The position numbers and the translations under genes are program-made. Under the pieces are notes generated by a model. The model was not told the origin of the DNA. It saw only the letters and a list, made by a program, of their open reading frames with translations, and made no database searches. A stretch of DNA of 64,000 nt, from NCBI GenBank assembly GCA_043228905.1, contig JBHGNT010000003.1:16554001-16618000 (forward strand). The letters run 5' to 3'. The stretch comes from Azolla caroliniana. Taxonomy: Eukaryota > Plantae > Polypodiophyta. Of this stretch, positions 11,801 to 25,364 are shown piece by piece; position 1 is the first letter of the stretch, and each line of letters starts with the position of its first letter.

Positions 11801-14481
11801 TTTTGAAGGTTCGGGTAAAAGAAGTGAAGGAGCCTTGCACATCAGATCCTTGAGTTCCTTAAAGGCGAGGTCTAGTGTAGCATTCCAAACAATAGGTTTT
11901 GTAGACTTATACGTTTGACCTTTTAGAAGATCAGTAAACGTCATTGTTAATTGGGAGTAATTACAAAGGGATTTTCGCAAAAACCCGACAAAACTAAGGA
12001 ATGATCGAACTTCTCGAATATTCCGAAGAGTGGGCCAAAGCTTGATTTCCTCGATGCTAGAAGGATCAATTTCAACTACTCGTTCAGTTATGAGATGTTC
12101 AAGATAAGTAATTGATTTCTTGAAGAACTCACATTTTGAGATCTTCACATAAAACTGTTTGTCACACAATTTTTATAAAACAAAGCGGACATGTTTAACA
12201 TGTTCTTGTAATGTATGACTATAAACTAAACTATCATCCAAGAAAATAACGACAAATTTTCCAAGTTGTTCTCGGAAAATGACATTCATTTCTTGTTGAA
12301 ATGTAGCTGGAGGATTGGTCAAACCAAAAGGCATAACCAAAAACTCATAATGGCCATAACGCGTACGAAATGCTGTTTTAGGAGCATCGTCCTTACTTAT
12401 ACGAATTTGATGGTAGCCAATACGAAGACCAAGTTTCGTAAAATACCGAGCTCCTTGGAGACGGTCAAATAGATCGTCAGCCCAGAGCAATGGATATGAA
12501 TTCTTGATCGTCACTTTATTCAAGCGTCAGTAATTAATACACATACACCATGTGCCCTCTTTCTTTTTAACCAAGAGAATTGGTGCACCCCATGGAGATC
12601 TACTATACGCACCCCATGGTCTTTTGTATGACCTTTCTTTTTGGAGAATACGCAAAAAGGATGTTGTCACTTACAATCACGATTCATGAATTTGTTGGGT
12701 GTATTGCGTTTCCCAGCGAGTTGCGACTACTTAGTCCCAAGTGCTTTGTTGGGTTTGTTGTGGTCCTTCTTCGAAGTGCATTGATAACGAAGAACTATTT
12801 CAATGGCCTCTTCGAAGGATTTTGGATCCTTATCGTGGACTATCCAATGATAGTCCAAATTGGGGATGCCATTGACAAAACAAGCTATTAACCAGTTCTC
12901 CCCTTGTAGATCCGATTTTTGGATTTGGGTTCTAGCATGGTGGACATAGTCTTCTAATGAAGAAAATTTCCTGCTACAGAGGTTCATTAAAGCTTGAGCT
13001 ACCTCGGTTCGAGAGGGAAGTTGCAGAAATTGGCCCTTAAAAACTGTGACAAAATCTGTCCACGTATCAGGCAATTTCCCCAAAGTTCGGAGCCCACGCC
13101 ACCAGGCGGTGGGCTTACCCCCTAGTTCTCGGCCGACATATGCAATCTTCGTACTATCTGGCGTGGGATAGAGCTCAAAATGAGACTCCCATCGGCCTAG
13201 TCACGTGTAGATTGTTTCTTCAGTTCTTTCCTTTTTATCTCCCGTAAATGGCTTAACGACAAACGATGGTTCACCCTGTCGCTCATCAGGTCTATTAGTC
13301 TCACGTTGTAAACTAATGACACGTGCCTCGAGTGCACTTTGAGATTGCCTCGAGTGGTGAAACTAAGGTATTGGGTTATTTGTGAAAAATACATCTCAAT
13401 GGACATTTGTTCAGGAGGATTTCCTTGAGTTTCTTCCGCTTGAATGGATGACATCGGGTTGTTATTTTGAGCCATTAAATGATTATTTTTGGCAAAGAAA
13501 TAGGATAAGGTCAAACAAATAGTCATAAAATCATGTCGTGATGTAAACATATCATGGGCAAATATTAATCGATATCATGATCTCACGTCAATACCCCTCT
13601 AGATGTATAAGATGAGGTTCAAGATTAGGTTACTATGGTAACACAAAGGTGTTTTAAAAACCATGGGGGTGACAAATTAATGTCTTTCCCTGATCTCTAT
13701 ATCGATTTTTTTCATGGCGGCTCCCCGAGGCTCAACCATGTATGTTCGCGTCATGAATAGTCTATACACGAAAAAAATGTTAACAATAAACTATGTTTCG
13801 GTGCCCACATATGTAGTTTTGGCTCTTTAAGTCATATTACGAGGACCCCGAAGTGCACTTAGACCTCAAGTCTAAACATGTGTTATAGTCATATGTATCA
13901 ACGATGTTGTATGGTCTTGGTTATATTTGAACTCGAGACCTCGAGAAAAAATGCATTAAACACTTGAGCCAACCAAGTAGGTTGCTCTTCTTGAATGTTT
14001 AATGTTTCATGCGTATAAAAGATATGCGAGGCATTTGCCCATATATGTTTTTTTAAAAGAAATATATATGTCAAGAGTCCTTATTTCCCCCTCGTTTACT
14101 ACAAAATATGTTGGTACGTTACCTAACCTCAAGTCTCGTAATTACGATGGCATACGCCAAAGTGCAACCTAATGGTCTAGCCAAATGAGCCCTCTTTTCG
14201 TAGTAGGCTCACGTGGCCCATCACATGGTTACGTCATTACGAATGCCTCTCGTAAGAATGATCTCATGGTGGCATTGTATCCATGTAATGAGGGAGGGAT
14301 GTTGGATATGTGTGTCATAGGAGCGACCTCACATGAAGTGGGTCAAGCCCTACGTTCTCAACATCATTGTGGCTATAGGCATTTCTTTACGTAATAAAAT
14401 CGAAGTCACCAACGGGAATGTCAACAATAAAAAATTGTTGAAAAAAGGGATGGTGACAACACCATTCTCACCAAAATGTGA
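8859..14481 (-). mobile_element. Decayed gypsy A: 3' LTR (8859-10013), PPT, chromodomain/integrase, RNase H, RT, internal deletion, gag, part of leader
   Basis: ORFs 10169..12523 and 12727..13550 match pieces of 48136..52541; PPT at 10014-10027; 5' LTR lost by a deletion that joins into copia B gag at ~14482. Confidence 0.93.
8947..9642 (-). mobile_element. Solo LTR (696 bp, copia C-like) inside the gypsy A 3' LTR
   Basis: TSD CGATC at 8942-8946 and 9643-9647; minus strand starts TGTTGGGAATATGTCCCT; absent from other gypsy A LTRs. Confidence 0.9.
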
Positions 14482-17400
14482 GAGACATGTTGGTGGCTGA
14501 TTACACATCCCGGATCAGAGACATCTATGACTCTCTCGCCTCCATCAATGTGACTGTCGAGGAGGACGAAATGGTGTAGGTATATCTCGAAGGATTGGCA
14601 CAGAAGTTCGGATCATTTGGGATGACGGTCTGCACGAGAGAGAATACGCCATCATTCTTCGAGTTGCAATCGATGCTTCTCGTTGTAGAGAACCATGCAT
14701 GTGCGTCGACAATTATGCACACCGACAAAAAGATGTTGTACACGGAGGAAGATAGACCCCATGGTCGTGGTAGAAGATGTAGGTCAGCACACAATGTAGG
14801 TGGCTAACTAGAGCAAAATAGAAGGCATAATCATAATGCCGACAACAATTTCGGATCCTCCGGAAACAGGGGGAATCAAGGCGGTGCCGGATACCTGCAA
14901 GGAAAGGCTAAGACGGAATGCTGGTATTGTGGCAAGAAAGGCCACTAGGAGAGCAAGTGTTGGAAGAAGCGCGCCGATTAGGACAAATCTGGATCTGGCA
15001 AGGCCGGACAAGGGAGTCTGCAACTCTCGTACTACCTAGGAGGATCAGAAGGATCCGGAACCAGAAAGACCGGAAATGGATCGGGCCCAGCCTTTGTGAT
15101 GAATGAAAAGGCTAATTCGATGAAGACAAGCACCTCAAAATTGAATGAGGTATGGTTTGTTGACTCCGGAGCATCGAACCATGTGACAAGCCACAAGGAG
15201 TTGTTCTCTTACTTGAAGAAACCAGAACAACCGGGGGTCTTCGAAACCGGTGAAGACACCTCACATACCATAGAACATGTCGGTGAAGTCCTGTTAAACC
15301 ATGTTAGATAGAAAGGGAAGCTAATGAACGTTTTGCACGTCCCGACAATCACAAAGAATCTAGTGTAGGTTGGATAGTTTGTTGACCAAGGGATGCAGGT
15401 TCGGTTCACACATCTCGGGTTCTTCATCAAAGAAGAAGGAAAAGTCATTGCACAAGGGCACCGACAACGGAGGATGTTTATACTCGAAACACATGAAGTC
15501 GGAACCACTATGTTTCCTAAAAGGCAAAATCAAGTGCCTAAGGTCTGATGGTGGAAAGGATTACTTTTCCGACCAGTTCTCGAGTTATCTGTGGAAGGAA
15601 GGAATTCAACGAGAATTCTTTTGCAGATACACACCGGAGCAGAACAATGTGGCCGAGCAGAAGAATCAAACTATACAGGAGGTGGCGCGGGCAATGCTTG
15701 AGGAGAAGCATATGCCGAAGTTTTATTGGGCCGAAGCGGTCCAAACAACTGTCTACTTGCTGAATTAGACATCTGCAAATGGAGGAGTGTCATCACATGA
15801 GCTCTACTTTAGAAAGAAATCGAATCTTGGATACTTGAAGGTGTTTGGGAGCATTGCCTATGTGCATGTGCCGAAGGAGAAACGGAGGAAGCTGGATGTG
15901 AAGGCCGAGAAGTGCATTCTCATCGGCTGCTCGAACGAACCAAATAGGTTCGGGTAGGGCGAGATGTCGTTTACGACGAATTGGCTTCATGGTACTTGCC
16001 CTCATCTCGGATCCCCATGAACTCCATTCGATTGCTGAGGACGAGATCAGTGAGGCTGGAATGCCTCCGGACGAAGAAGAAATCGGAACTCAAGAAGAGA
16101 GTCTGATCTCATTCTGGCTAAGTGGGACGAATTAGAGACTGAGTCAGATCGACCAGTCAGATGAGAAGTCGGTGAGTAGTGGAAACTCAATTGTGCTATC
16201 CCCATGCAAGGAACCGAGGAGACAGTTCACACGGAAAGAGAACGATAAGAAGAAGATGTCAGAATACAACACCGACAGGGAAGAGTCAGATCCAAATGAA
16301 TCCGACTCTGGAAAGAATAAAGATGGACCTTCGAAAAAGAGGTTGGAGTCAGCCAAAAGGGCCATAAAATCGGCAGAGCAGAAATTGCGCCGATCTAACC
16401 GCCAAAAGCACCTCGTAATTTGATACGGATACAACGAATACATGGTGCATCACTATGCATACACGATAAAGGTGGCGGAAGTGCGTGAGGCAGAGAGCTA
16501 TGCAGAAGTGGCAAAGGACGCAAATTGGCGTGCTGCACTGGAGGAAGAGATGCACGCTCTCACAGAGAGCGACAGATGGGACCTGGTTGACGTTCCGAAG
16601 GGAGTGAAGCTGATCTGATGCAAGTGGGTGTACAAGGTCAAGTACAACACCAATGGCTCTGTCAACCGGTACAAGGCCTGGTTAGTGGCAAAAGACTATG
16701 TGCAGCAACGCATCATTGACTACGATGAGACCTTTGTGCTGGTCGTGAAGATGATGATCGTCTGTGTCTTGCTCGTGGTAGCTACGAATAAGGTGTGGCA
16801 CTTACATAAAATGGATGTAAAGAATGCATTCCTATAAGGTGAGCTTCAAGAATAGGTGTACATGGTACAACCCTCAGATTTCAGTTTGGAATGAACATGT
16901 TGGTTGTTTGCTGGCTAAAGAAGTCCCTCTATGGACTAAAGCAAGCCCCACGTGCTTGGAACGCGAAGATTATGCAACGATTGCGTCGGATGGGGTTTGC
17001 CACGTCGAAGTCGAACTCTTCACCTTTCTTCAAACAAGGTCGGAGTGGGCCAATTAGTATTTTACTTTACGTTGATAATTTAGTCATCGCCGGTGCCGAC
17101 CAATACCAAATCGACCACATCAAGTCCCAGCTAGCGGCATCATTCGACATGAAGGATCTGGGGGACCTTCACTACTTCCTCAGGATCGAAGTGATCCGCA
17201 CCCCCAAAGGCATACTGGTCAGCCAACGACATTATGTGCTGACTATGCTCTTTAAGTTCGGAATGACGGAGTGCAAATTTGTCTCAACTCCTTTGGATAG
17301 GAATTTGAAGCTTCGCCCCGACTTTGGAACGACATGCGGCTCGAAACGATTCCGACAGATCGTCGAAAGCTTTATCTACTTGACCATCACCCGACCAGAC

Positions 17401-18520
17401 CTCAACTATTCGATCGGCTTGAAATTAGTCAATTCACGGCACATCCGATGGTGGAGCACCTTTAGTGCACACAACAATTACTCAGGTATGTTAGCGGCAC
17501 CAAGGAACGGGGGTTGCTATATTGGACTCGTGTAGTTGGACAACTTGTTAGTTACACAGACGCCGATTGGGCTGGAAACGTCGGTAACCACAGTTCTACA
17601 TCTGGTTATGTGTTTTCACTTGGAAGCGCCACGGTGGCCTGGAGTAGTAAGAAGTAGCCAACTGTTGCACTGTTGAGCACAAAGGCCGAGTATCGAGGAG
17701 TAGTTATTGCAACATGTGAAGCCATATGGCTAAAACGGCTATTGAAGGATCTACAGGCAGAGGTGTCCGATCCGATGACGATTTACTATGACAACCTCAA
17801 CAACATCCAGTTTGTGAAGAACCCCATCGACCACGCCCAGACCAAGCATATTGAGGTGCACTATTATTTTGTCCGCGAGCAAGCCCTTTCCGATGAAGTC
17901 AAATTGGTGTATGTTTTGACGGATTGGCAAAATGCCGATATTTTCACCAAACCCCTTCGCCTGGACAGGTTGCGGCAATTTTTGGGTGTGCTTGGCTTGC
18001 AACACCTCGACGTGCCAAATTTGAGGGGGAGACATAGAGAAAGCACTGGAAGAGACTAGAAAGCCGAGTCAAATGAGGAGTTCGACTTCGGGGGAAGTAA
18101 ATCCAAGAAGGGCAAGAAGCCCAAGACTTGGACATGGTTTGATGTGATAAAGGTCTTCGAGGATGAGAACGAATTGGAGACAACCAATTCGGACAAAACC
18201 TGGAACGAATCAGAGGCACCCAATTCGGAAGAGGCGAGCCTACCGAGAAGGTTGAGGTGCACAGAATCGGACGGGTCATAGGAAGAGGAACCGAATAGGA
18301 CGAGGAGTGCGAGCAAGGCGGGAAGTCACCAGGAAGAGCCAGAGGGAAGGACCGACAAACACTGACACCACGATCCGACCTCAAGTTGAGCTTGACGGGG
18401 AGTGTTGAGCGAGCAAGATCAACCTGATCTGGATTGGCTGAGTAACCCATAGACAAATCGGTATGCGGAACAAAGAGTTGTATCGGTTTCCGGAGATGAG
18501 AGGCAGATCGGTGTCCAATT
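14482..18520 (+). mobile_element. Decayed Ty1/copia B (gag, protease, partly deleted integrase, RT, RNase H, PPT, truncated 3' LTR from 18403)
   Basis: WFVDSGASNH, KSLYGLKQAPRAW, LYVDNL, KHIEVHYYFVRE; domain order PR-INT-RT-RH. Confidence 0.93.
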
Positions 18521-18576
18521 GGGTGCGCCATCGAAGAAGAAGGAAAAGTCATTGCATAAGGGCGCAGAGAAGGGAG

Positions 18577-21500
18577 TATTAGGTTTCTGTCCCTCTTGTG
18601 GGAGGAGCCGACTGTTCGGATGGAGAGCTGACAGTCGAAGACAAGGAGTAGCAAACTGGTAAGGTTGAGAGCCGACAGTCGACTGAGAGATAGTTGACAT
18701 GAAGAGTCAACAACAGACGATCGAAGTCGAAGACAAGACCAACTAGTCGGGCCGACCGGAGGGTCGACAACAAGGCCGACTAGTCAACCAGTCGACTGGA
18801 GTCGGCTAGTCGATTCGACTAGTCAACCAGTCGACTGATTAATTGATTACTATTATTAGTATAATAATAGGAATGAAGGTAGTGGAGGCTAAATTTGTAA
18901 ATAGCCCATACAATGTATAAGAATAAATACACTTAGGGCAAAACGATAGTTAGATGTAGAATAGAGTCTTCTGTGTGGTAGAATAGAGAGAATTGTTGTG
19001 AGCCTCTATTTGTGAGTGTGATAGAAGAGAGAGCCGCGAGAGAGTTACACAGAGAACAGAGAGAAGAGTGAGCGATGCCATAGCTATGTGAGCTTGGATG
19101 TTAAGAGCCTTGCGTGGCTAATTCACTCTACATAAAGAGTGTTGTATATTGTCTCCTTTGTATTCTCCATTGTATAGTGGATCTGTTCTCCCATGGTTTT
19201 CCCCATTTAGGGTTTCCATGGTTTTACCCCTTTAGGGTTTCCATGTAAAAACTCTGTATTTTGTGCATTTGTTGTTTTCTATTTCGGCGTTATTGTGTAT
19301 TTCACAGTCGAGATTCCTCACGAACCATAGGGATCGAATCCCGTCAAACTGGTATCAGAGCTTGAGGTGCAAGGATGGAAGGAGGTGTGAGTGGCTTCCT
19401 AGGTATGATAGTTCTAAACTCTTAGAATTGTGCATACTAGGAGATAAAGATGGAAGACCTTCTCATATTCAAAGACTTGTACGAGCCCATCGATAGAGTA
19501 GAAATACCCACGGGGGTATTAGAGTCTGAATGGAATCTTCTAAACAAAAAGGCAGTAGCCACCATCAAACAATGTGTCGATGTAAGTGTCCTTCAACATA
19601 TGGCGAATGACACAAATGCTTACGAGATGTGGCAGAAGTTGTGAGGTCTATATGAGAGGAAGAACTCCCTCAACAAAACATCTTTGATGAGAAAGATTGT
19701 GAGGCTGAAATATAGGGATAGAGAACGCGTAGTTGAGCATGTGAGCATATTCATGGGGTATGTGAATCAGCTTGTGGCAACCAAGTTTCCCCTTCAGGAT
19801 GCAATGTAGGCCATACTACTATTGTGTACCTTGTGGACAATTGGGAGAATCTAGTGTTCACTCTTAGCACCTCGTGTCAAGAAGAGAATTTGTGTCTACA
19901 GGCGGTAAAGACAAGCATATTGAACGAGGAGACAAGAAGGAAGGACAAGGGTATCTTGTCCTAGTCGGAGTCAAACTTGACTCATCATACTGACAAAGGA
20001 AGGAACAGATAGAGAAGGCCACTAAGAAGGGAGAAGTCCCAAGCCAGATCCAAGTCCAAAGGCAAGCTGACATGCTTCTATTGTGGAAAGCCTGGACACT
20101 TTCACAAGGACTGCCGAGACATGAGGAAGGACAAAGGTGTTAGCAATAATGTCGAGTCTAGGAAGATTCCTGATGACAAGGGCACTTCAGTCGTGGCTAC
20201 AAGTGCAGAGGAGATCTTCTTCATTTGTGAGCAAGCAAGCACAAATCTTGCAAGTGAAGAGTGCACTTGGGTAATCGATTCGGGTGCATCTTTCCACATA
20301 ACTCTGTCGAGAGAGAGTTTCTCGACTTACATAGTCGGTGATCACGACTATGTAAAGATGGGAGATAATCGAGACTGCAAGATAGCCGACATAGGAAGTG
20401 GATGCCTGATGACGTCGACAGGTTGTCGGCTGATCTTGAGGGAAGTTCAACATGTCCTCGATATCAGAGTAAATCTAATATCACCCGAAAGGTTGGATTA
20501 CGAGGGCTATAGTGGTATCATCCAAAACGGCAAGTGGAAGTTCTGTCGAGGAAACCTCATAGTGACCCGAGCATACCCCACTATGCAAGTCGGAAGTGAG
20601 TGTGGCAACCGACTCGAGCGGAGAGTTATGGCATAAGAGGCGAGAAGGGAATGCACCTGCTGGCCGACCAGGAACTTCTCCCAGAAGTGAAAGGAGTACA
20701 CTTGGAGAAGTGTGTTGACTGCTTAGTCGGAAAGCAAAATAGAGCAACATTCCACTCAAGAGCACCAAGAAGACGAGAAGCTACATTGGAACTAGTGCAC
20801 ACCGACGTCTGCTATGTAGATGCTCCATCGCATCAAGGTGGAGGGTACTTTGTGACGTTCATAGATGACTACAACCGAAAGTTGTGGGCCTTCGTATTGA
20901 AGTCGAAGGATCAAGTACTATCAATGTTCAAGGAGTTCCAGGCAAGAACTGAACGACGGTTGGTCAGAAGTTGAAGGTTGCCTGAATCGACAATGGTTGA
21001 GAATATAAAGGGTAGTTCGAAGAATAATGCAAGGCCCAAGGTGTTCGAATCGAATACATAGTACAAAAGAACTCTGAATTGAACGTGCTTGTAGAGAGGA
21101 TGAATCCAACAATCATGGAGAGAGTAACGAGCATGCTCTCTCATGCTAAACTGCCAAAATCGTACTGGGCTGAGGCGATGTACACGGTTGTCTATCTGAT
21201 CAACAGGTCTCCCTTAGTGCCACTAAAAGGTGATGTCCCACAAAGGGTGTGGACAGGAAAGGTTGTCTCCTATCGACACCTGAGGGTGTTCGGATGCGTG
21301 GTTTATATGCAAGTATCTAAGGATTAGAGGTCGAAGCTTGAGAGTAAGTCAAACGCATGCATATTCATGGGATACTTGGAGGACGGGTTCGGCTATAGGC
21401 TATGAGACTTAGTCGATAAGAAAGTAGTGAGGAGTTGGGACGTCGTCTTCTTGGAAGAGAAGACTATTGAGAACTGGAAGCAACAGAAGTCGGAATTGAC

Positions 21501-21983
21501 TTCCCAGTCAACTCCCACTACCACCGACTTAGGGCCAAGTGAACTGACACAACCAATCGGTAGAGTCGATTATGAGTCGGTTGGCTCGGAGCAACCGACC
21601 AATACAGATGAGTCGGAGTCGCCATATCTATTGAAGTCGATCGAGGAATACGAATTGGAATCGGCTAACCCTGAACGACCGATCAACACATATGAACCCT
21701 AGCCAAGAGTAGAGTCGGCAGAGACATCCAGATTGGAACCAACAATGAGTGAAACGAGATGCCCAATTAGAGAAAAGAGAGAACCAAATACATATATATA
21801 TGCCAGTCAATACATCCTCTTAACTGATGAAGGTGAGCCTAAGTGCTATGACGAAACCATCGTCGATGAGCACAAGGAGAAATGGCAGAGTGCAATGCAA
21901 GAGGAGATGGACTCCTTGCACGAAAACTACACTTACGACTTGGTGGAGCTACCAAAAGGTAAGAGAGCACTCAGAAATAAAGT
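18577..21983 (+). mobile_element. Decayed Ty1/copia C (Tnt1/Tork-like): LTR 18577-~19348, PBS 19350-19361, gag, protease, integrase, truncated at RT start
   Basis: TGGTATCAGAGC; CFYCGKPGHF; WVIDSGASFH; LELVHTDVC...FVTFIDDY; ends LVELPKGKRALRNK. Confidence 0.92.
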
Positions 21984-23242
21984 TGTTGATGATCTCTTAC
22001 TTTGGGACTTTAGACTTTCTTAATCGTTGAGGTGTGCATGAACTTAATCAGAATCTTTCAACCAAAGATTGTACAATCGCCGAATTAGATAGATTTTGGT
22101 GGCGGTGACCTTGTCATAAGTGTCTAACAACGCTTTTCATAATTGGAATGTCGTCGAACATGATTGTATGGTACAGTAAACTGATTCGGATAGGTGCATC
22201 TGAATGGTCACATGCACTATCCGATCTAACTTTTTCCATTCATTTGACTTGAACTCTTCTGGAGGATTTTCGTTTTCGATCGGATCAATCTAAGATAGTC
22301 TTGCATTTGTTCCTTCTAGAAGTTATAGTTCAATCCCTCAAACTTCGTGACACTCATCTCTGATGAGCCGGATGTGGACCCCAGTCTTGACTCGAGCCGA
22401 TTGGTCATAAAGTTTTGTCGAGAGGTGGCTGCGATCGGTCGGAGGGCGCAACCAACTAGCTGGTTCACCCAAATTTGATCTAGTAGAATTGGACACAAAG
22501 TTAGTCGATTGGTCGGCCAATTCTGCTCGAAGTAGCTACGGCCGAATGTGGAGTAGAGCTGACAAGTCTATCCCGTTGTGATGCGTAGCCGAATTGAGAA
22601 ATAATTGTGTTGATTGGATTATCGATTTGTTTTCGAATACCTATTTGATTTCCAATCACAAAACCGATCCTGCTCCGAGTGACATCACCGAGTGGTCTAC
22701 CCAAGTTTCACTTAAATCCGGATAGAGCACGAATGGTGTCACCTAGTTCAAGATTCCAGTATGAGTGAATACAAAGAAGGGAGAGAGTACACAGCCGAAT
22801 GGTGTACTTGAGGTGGGTCTAGTCGAATAGACTGTGAATCCTAGAGATTTCTCTTCTCACAGGACATTAATATGTAGTTGCCAAATAGAAGATTTCAGTT
22901 TGTCTGAAATCTTGGGAGGAACCTTTTCAATGTATAATCAGAGATGTTGAAGTCTTCAAAGAACAAAGCAGAAATGTTGGTGATGGAGCTAATGAAGACC
23001 GACAGCGAAAAGAACCTCTCGCTTTGATACTAGATGTTGTAGATAAGGTCGTGAAAGGCTGAGAAAAACGCTATGATAGATAGCAAAAACAAATAAAACG
23101 GTGGCTGCAATAGTTCTGCACTATAATACTCAGCAATCGGACAGAGAGGTTTTCTATCTCACCTTTATTTATATAGCGGGAAAAGAAAACTATAATATAT
23201 AAAGTAAAAAATAAGAGCACAGGCCAGTTTGGCGTTTTCACA
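21984..23242 (-). mobile_element. Ty1/copia D 5' fragment (LTR ~23035-23242, degenerate PBS, gag N-terminus)
   Basis: Minus strand ...ACAACA-TC-TAGTATCAAAGC; degenerate gag MSVTKFEGLNYNF*KEQMQDYL...EWKKLDR...KIYLIRRLYNL. Confidence 0.78.
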
Positions 23243-23426
23243 CTATGTACATGATGGATGTATCTATGTACATACATATAACAATAAATACAACGAAATA
23301 TGTACATACAATATGCATAAGAAGCCCTTCTTCTAATACACAAGGTAACGAACAATCGCGACTCCAAAGACAACACACAATCCAAAATAAATATGTAGAA
23401 TGTAGCAGAAGAAGGCTACTAATTAA

Positions 23427-23582
23427 TTAATAATGGTGAGCAGAGCCGCCATGGTCATGGTCATGGACATGGTCATCAGCATCATACATAGTGTCCCGAC
23501 GGGCGTCAACCGCCTCCACATTGGAAGGCTGGACGTCGCACCACTGCAACAATGTGTGAGGCTTTATGAGGTCGCCGTCCTT
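23427..23582 (-). pseudogene. 3'-terminal remnant (~50 codons plus stop) of the lipase-like gene
   Basis: DGDLIKPHTLLQWCDVQPSNVEAVDARRDTMYDADDHVHDHDHGGSAHHY* aligns with the C-terminus of 40143..41168; fused to copia B at ~23591. Confidence 0.92.
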
Positions 23583-24892
23583 GAAACATTGGAATGCCTC
23601 CGGACGAAGAAGAAATCGGAACTCAAGAAGATAGTCTGATCTCATTTTGGCTAAGTGGGCCGAATGAGAGACTGAGTCAGATCGACCAGTCGGATGAGGA
23701 GTCAGTGAGTAGTGGAGACTCAGTTGTGCTGTCCCCACGCAAGGAACCGAGGAGACGGTTCACACGGAAAGAGAACGGGAAGAAGAAGATGTCGGAATAC
23801 GACACCGGAAGGGAAGAGTGGGATCCAAATGAATCTGACTCTGGAAAGCATAAGGATGGACCTCCGAAAAAGAGGTCGGAGTCGGCCAAAAGGGCCATCA
23901 AATCGGCAGAGCAGAAATTGCGCCGATCTACCCGCCAAAAGCACCCCGTAGTTTGATACGGATACAATGAATACATGGTGCATCACTATACATACATGAT
24001 AAAGGTGGCGGAAGTGCGTGAGGCAGAGAGCTGTGCAGAAGTGGCAAAGGACGCAAATTGGCGTGCTGCGATGGAGGAAGAGATGCACGCTCTCACAGAG
24101 AGCGACACTTGGGACCTGGTTGACGTTTCGAAGGGAGTGAAGCTGATTGGATGCAAGTGGGTGTACAAGGTCAAGTACAACATCGATGGCTCCGTCAACC
24201 GGTACAAGGCCCGGTTAGTGGCAAAAGGCTATGTGCAACAATACATCATTGACTACGATGAGACCTTTGTGTTGGTCGTGAAGATGACGACCGTCAGTGT
24301 CTTGCTCGCGATAGCTACGACTAAGGGGTGGCACTTACATCAAATGGATGTAAAGAATGCATTCCTGTAATGTGAGCTTCAGGAATAGGTGTACATGGTA
24401 CAACCCTTAGATTTTAGTCTGGAATGAACATGTTGGCTGTTTGCCGGCTAAAGAAGTCCCTCTATGGACTAAAGCAAGCCCTGCGTGCTTGGAACGCGAA
24501 GATTACGCAACAATTGCGTTGGATGGGGTTTGCCACGTCGAAGTCTAACTCTTCACCTTTCTTCAGACAAGGTCGGAGTGAGCCAATTAGTATTTTACTT
24601 TACGTTGATGATTTGGTCATCGCCGGTGCCAACCAATACCAAATCGACCACATCAAGTCCCAGCTAGCGGCATCATTCGACATGAAGGATCTGGGGGACC
24701 TTCACTACTTCCTCAGGATCAAAGTGATCCGCACCCCCAAAGGCATACTGGTCAGCCAACGACATTATGTGTTGAGTATGCTCTTTAAGTTCGGAATGAC
24801 GAAGTGCAAATCTGTCTCAACTCCTCTGGATAGGAATTTGAAGCTTCACCCCGACTCTAGAATGACATGCGGCTTGAAACGGTTCCGACAGA

Positions 24893-25311
24893 TGTTACCG
24901 GCCGGCAAGGAGTCCAAAATACGGAGTGAAGGAATTAATTAAGTATGGTTGTAAATAAGCATAGTATGGACGGACGGACTGGAAACGGTATGCCGTTCCA
25001 GATCCGGACGGATCCCGAATAGGTGCGATAGGCACCGTTTTGTACTATGGGCCGGAAACCTATTTAAAGGCCCGGACCCCATTGTAATCGCAGCGGATAA
25101 TTAATAGAGCTTATGGTGTTTATACTTCTGTGTTGATTTCCGTTCTGTAATTACTGTTATATCTTACGCGTGTAATTAACAAAAGCGCTCTAATCGTGTA
25201 ACCTACGTAAGTCGGTGTAATCGTTGAGTCTTAATCCTATGCCGTAATCACCCTCTGGTGAAGTGTCTCCGTGACACCTTGTGTTAGGCCTTGTCCGGTC
25301 AGAGAATAACA
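24893..25311 (+). repeat. 5' LTR of gypsy G
   Basis: Direct repeat of 31122-31540; followed by candidate PBS TGGCGACCAC at 25318. Confidence 0.97.
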
Positions 25312-25364
25312 CAGTTTTGGCGACCACGATTCCTGCTTTCTCGCAGCGAACGACGGCTTAATGG

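Noticed and set aside
19200-19245. Interstitial telomeric array
   Set aside because: Only two isolated TTTAGGG units inside an LTR.
23427-23738. 103-aa chimeric copia-antisense/lipase ORF as a new gene
   Set aside because: Product of a rearrangement junction; no sign of a promoter or expression.
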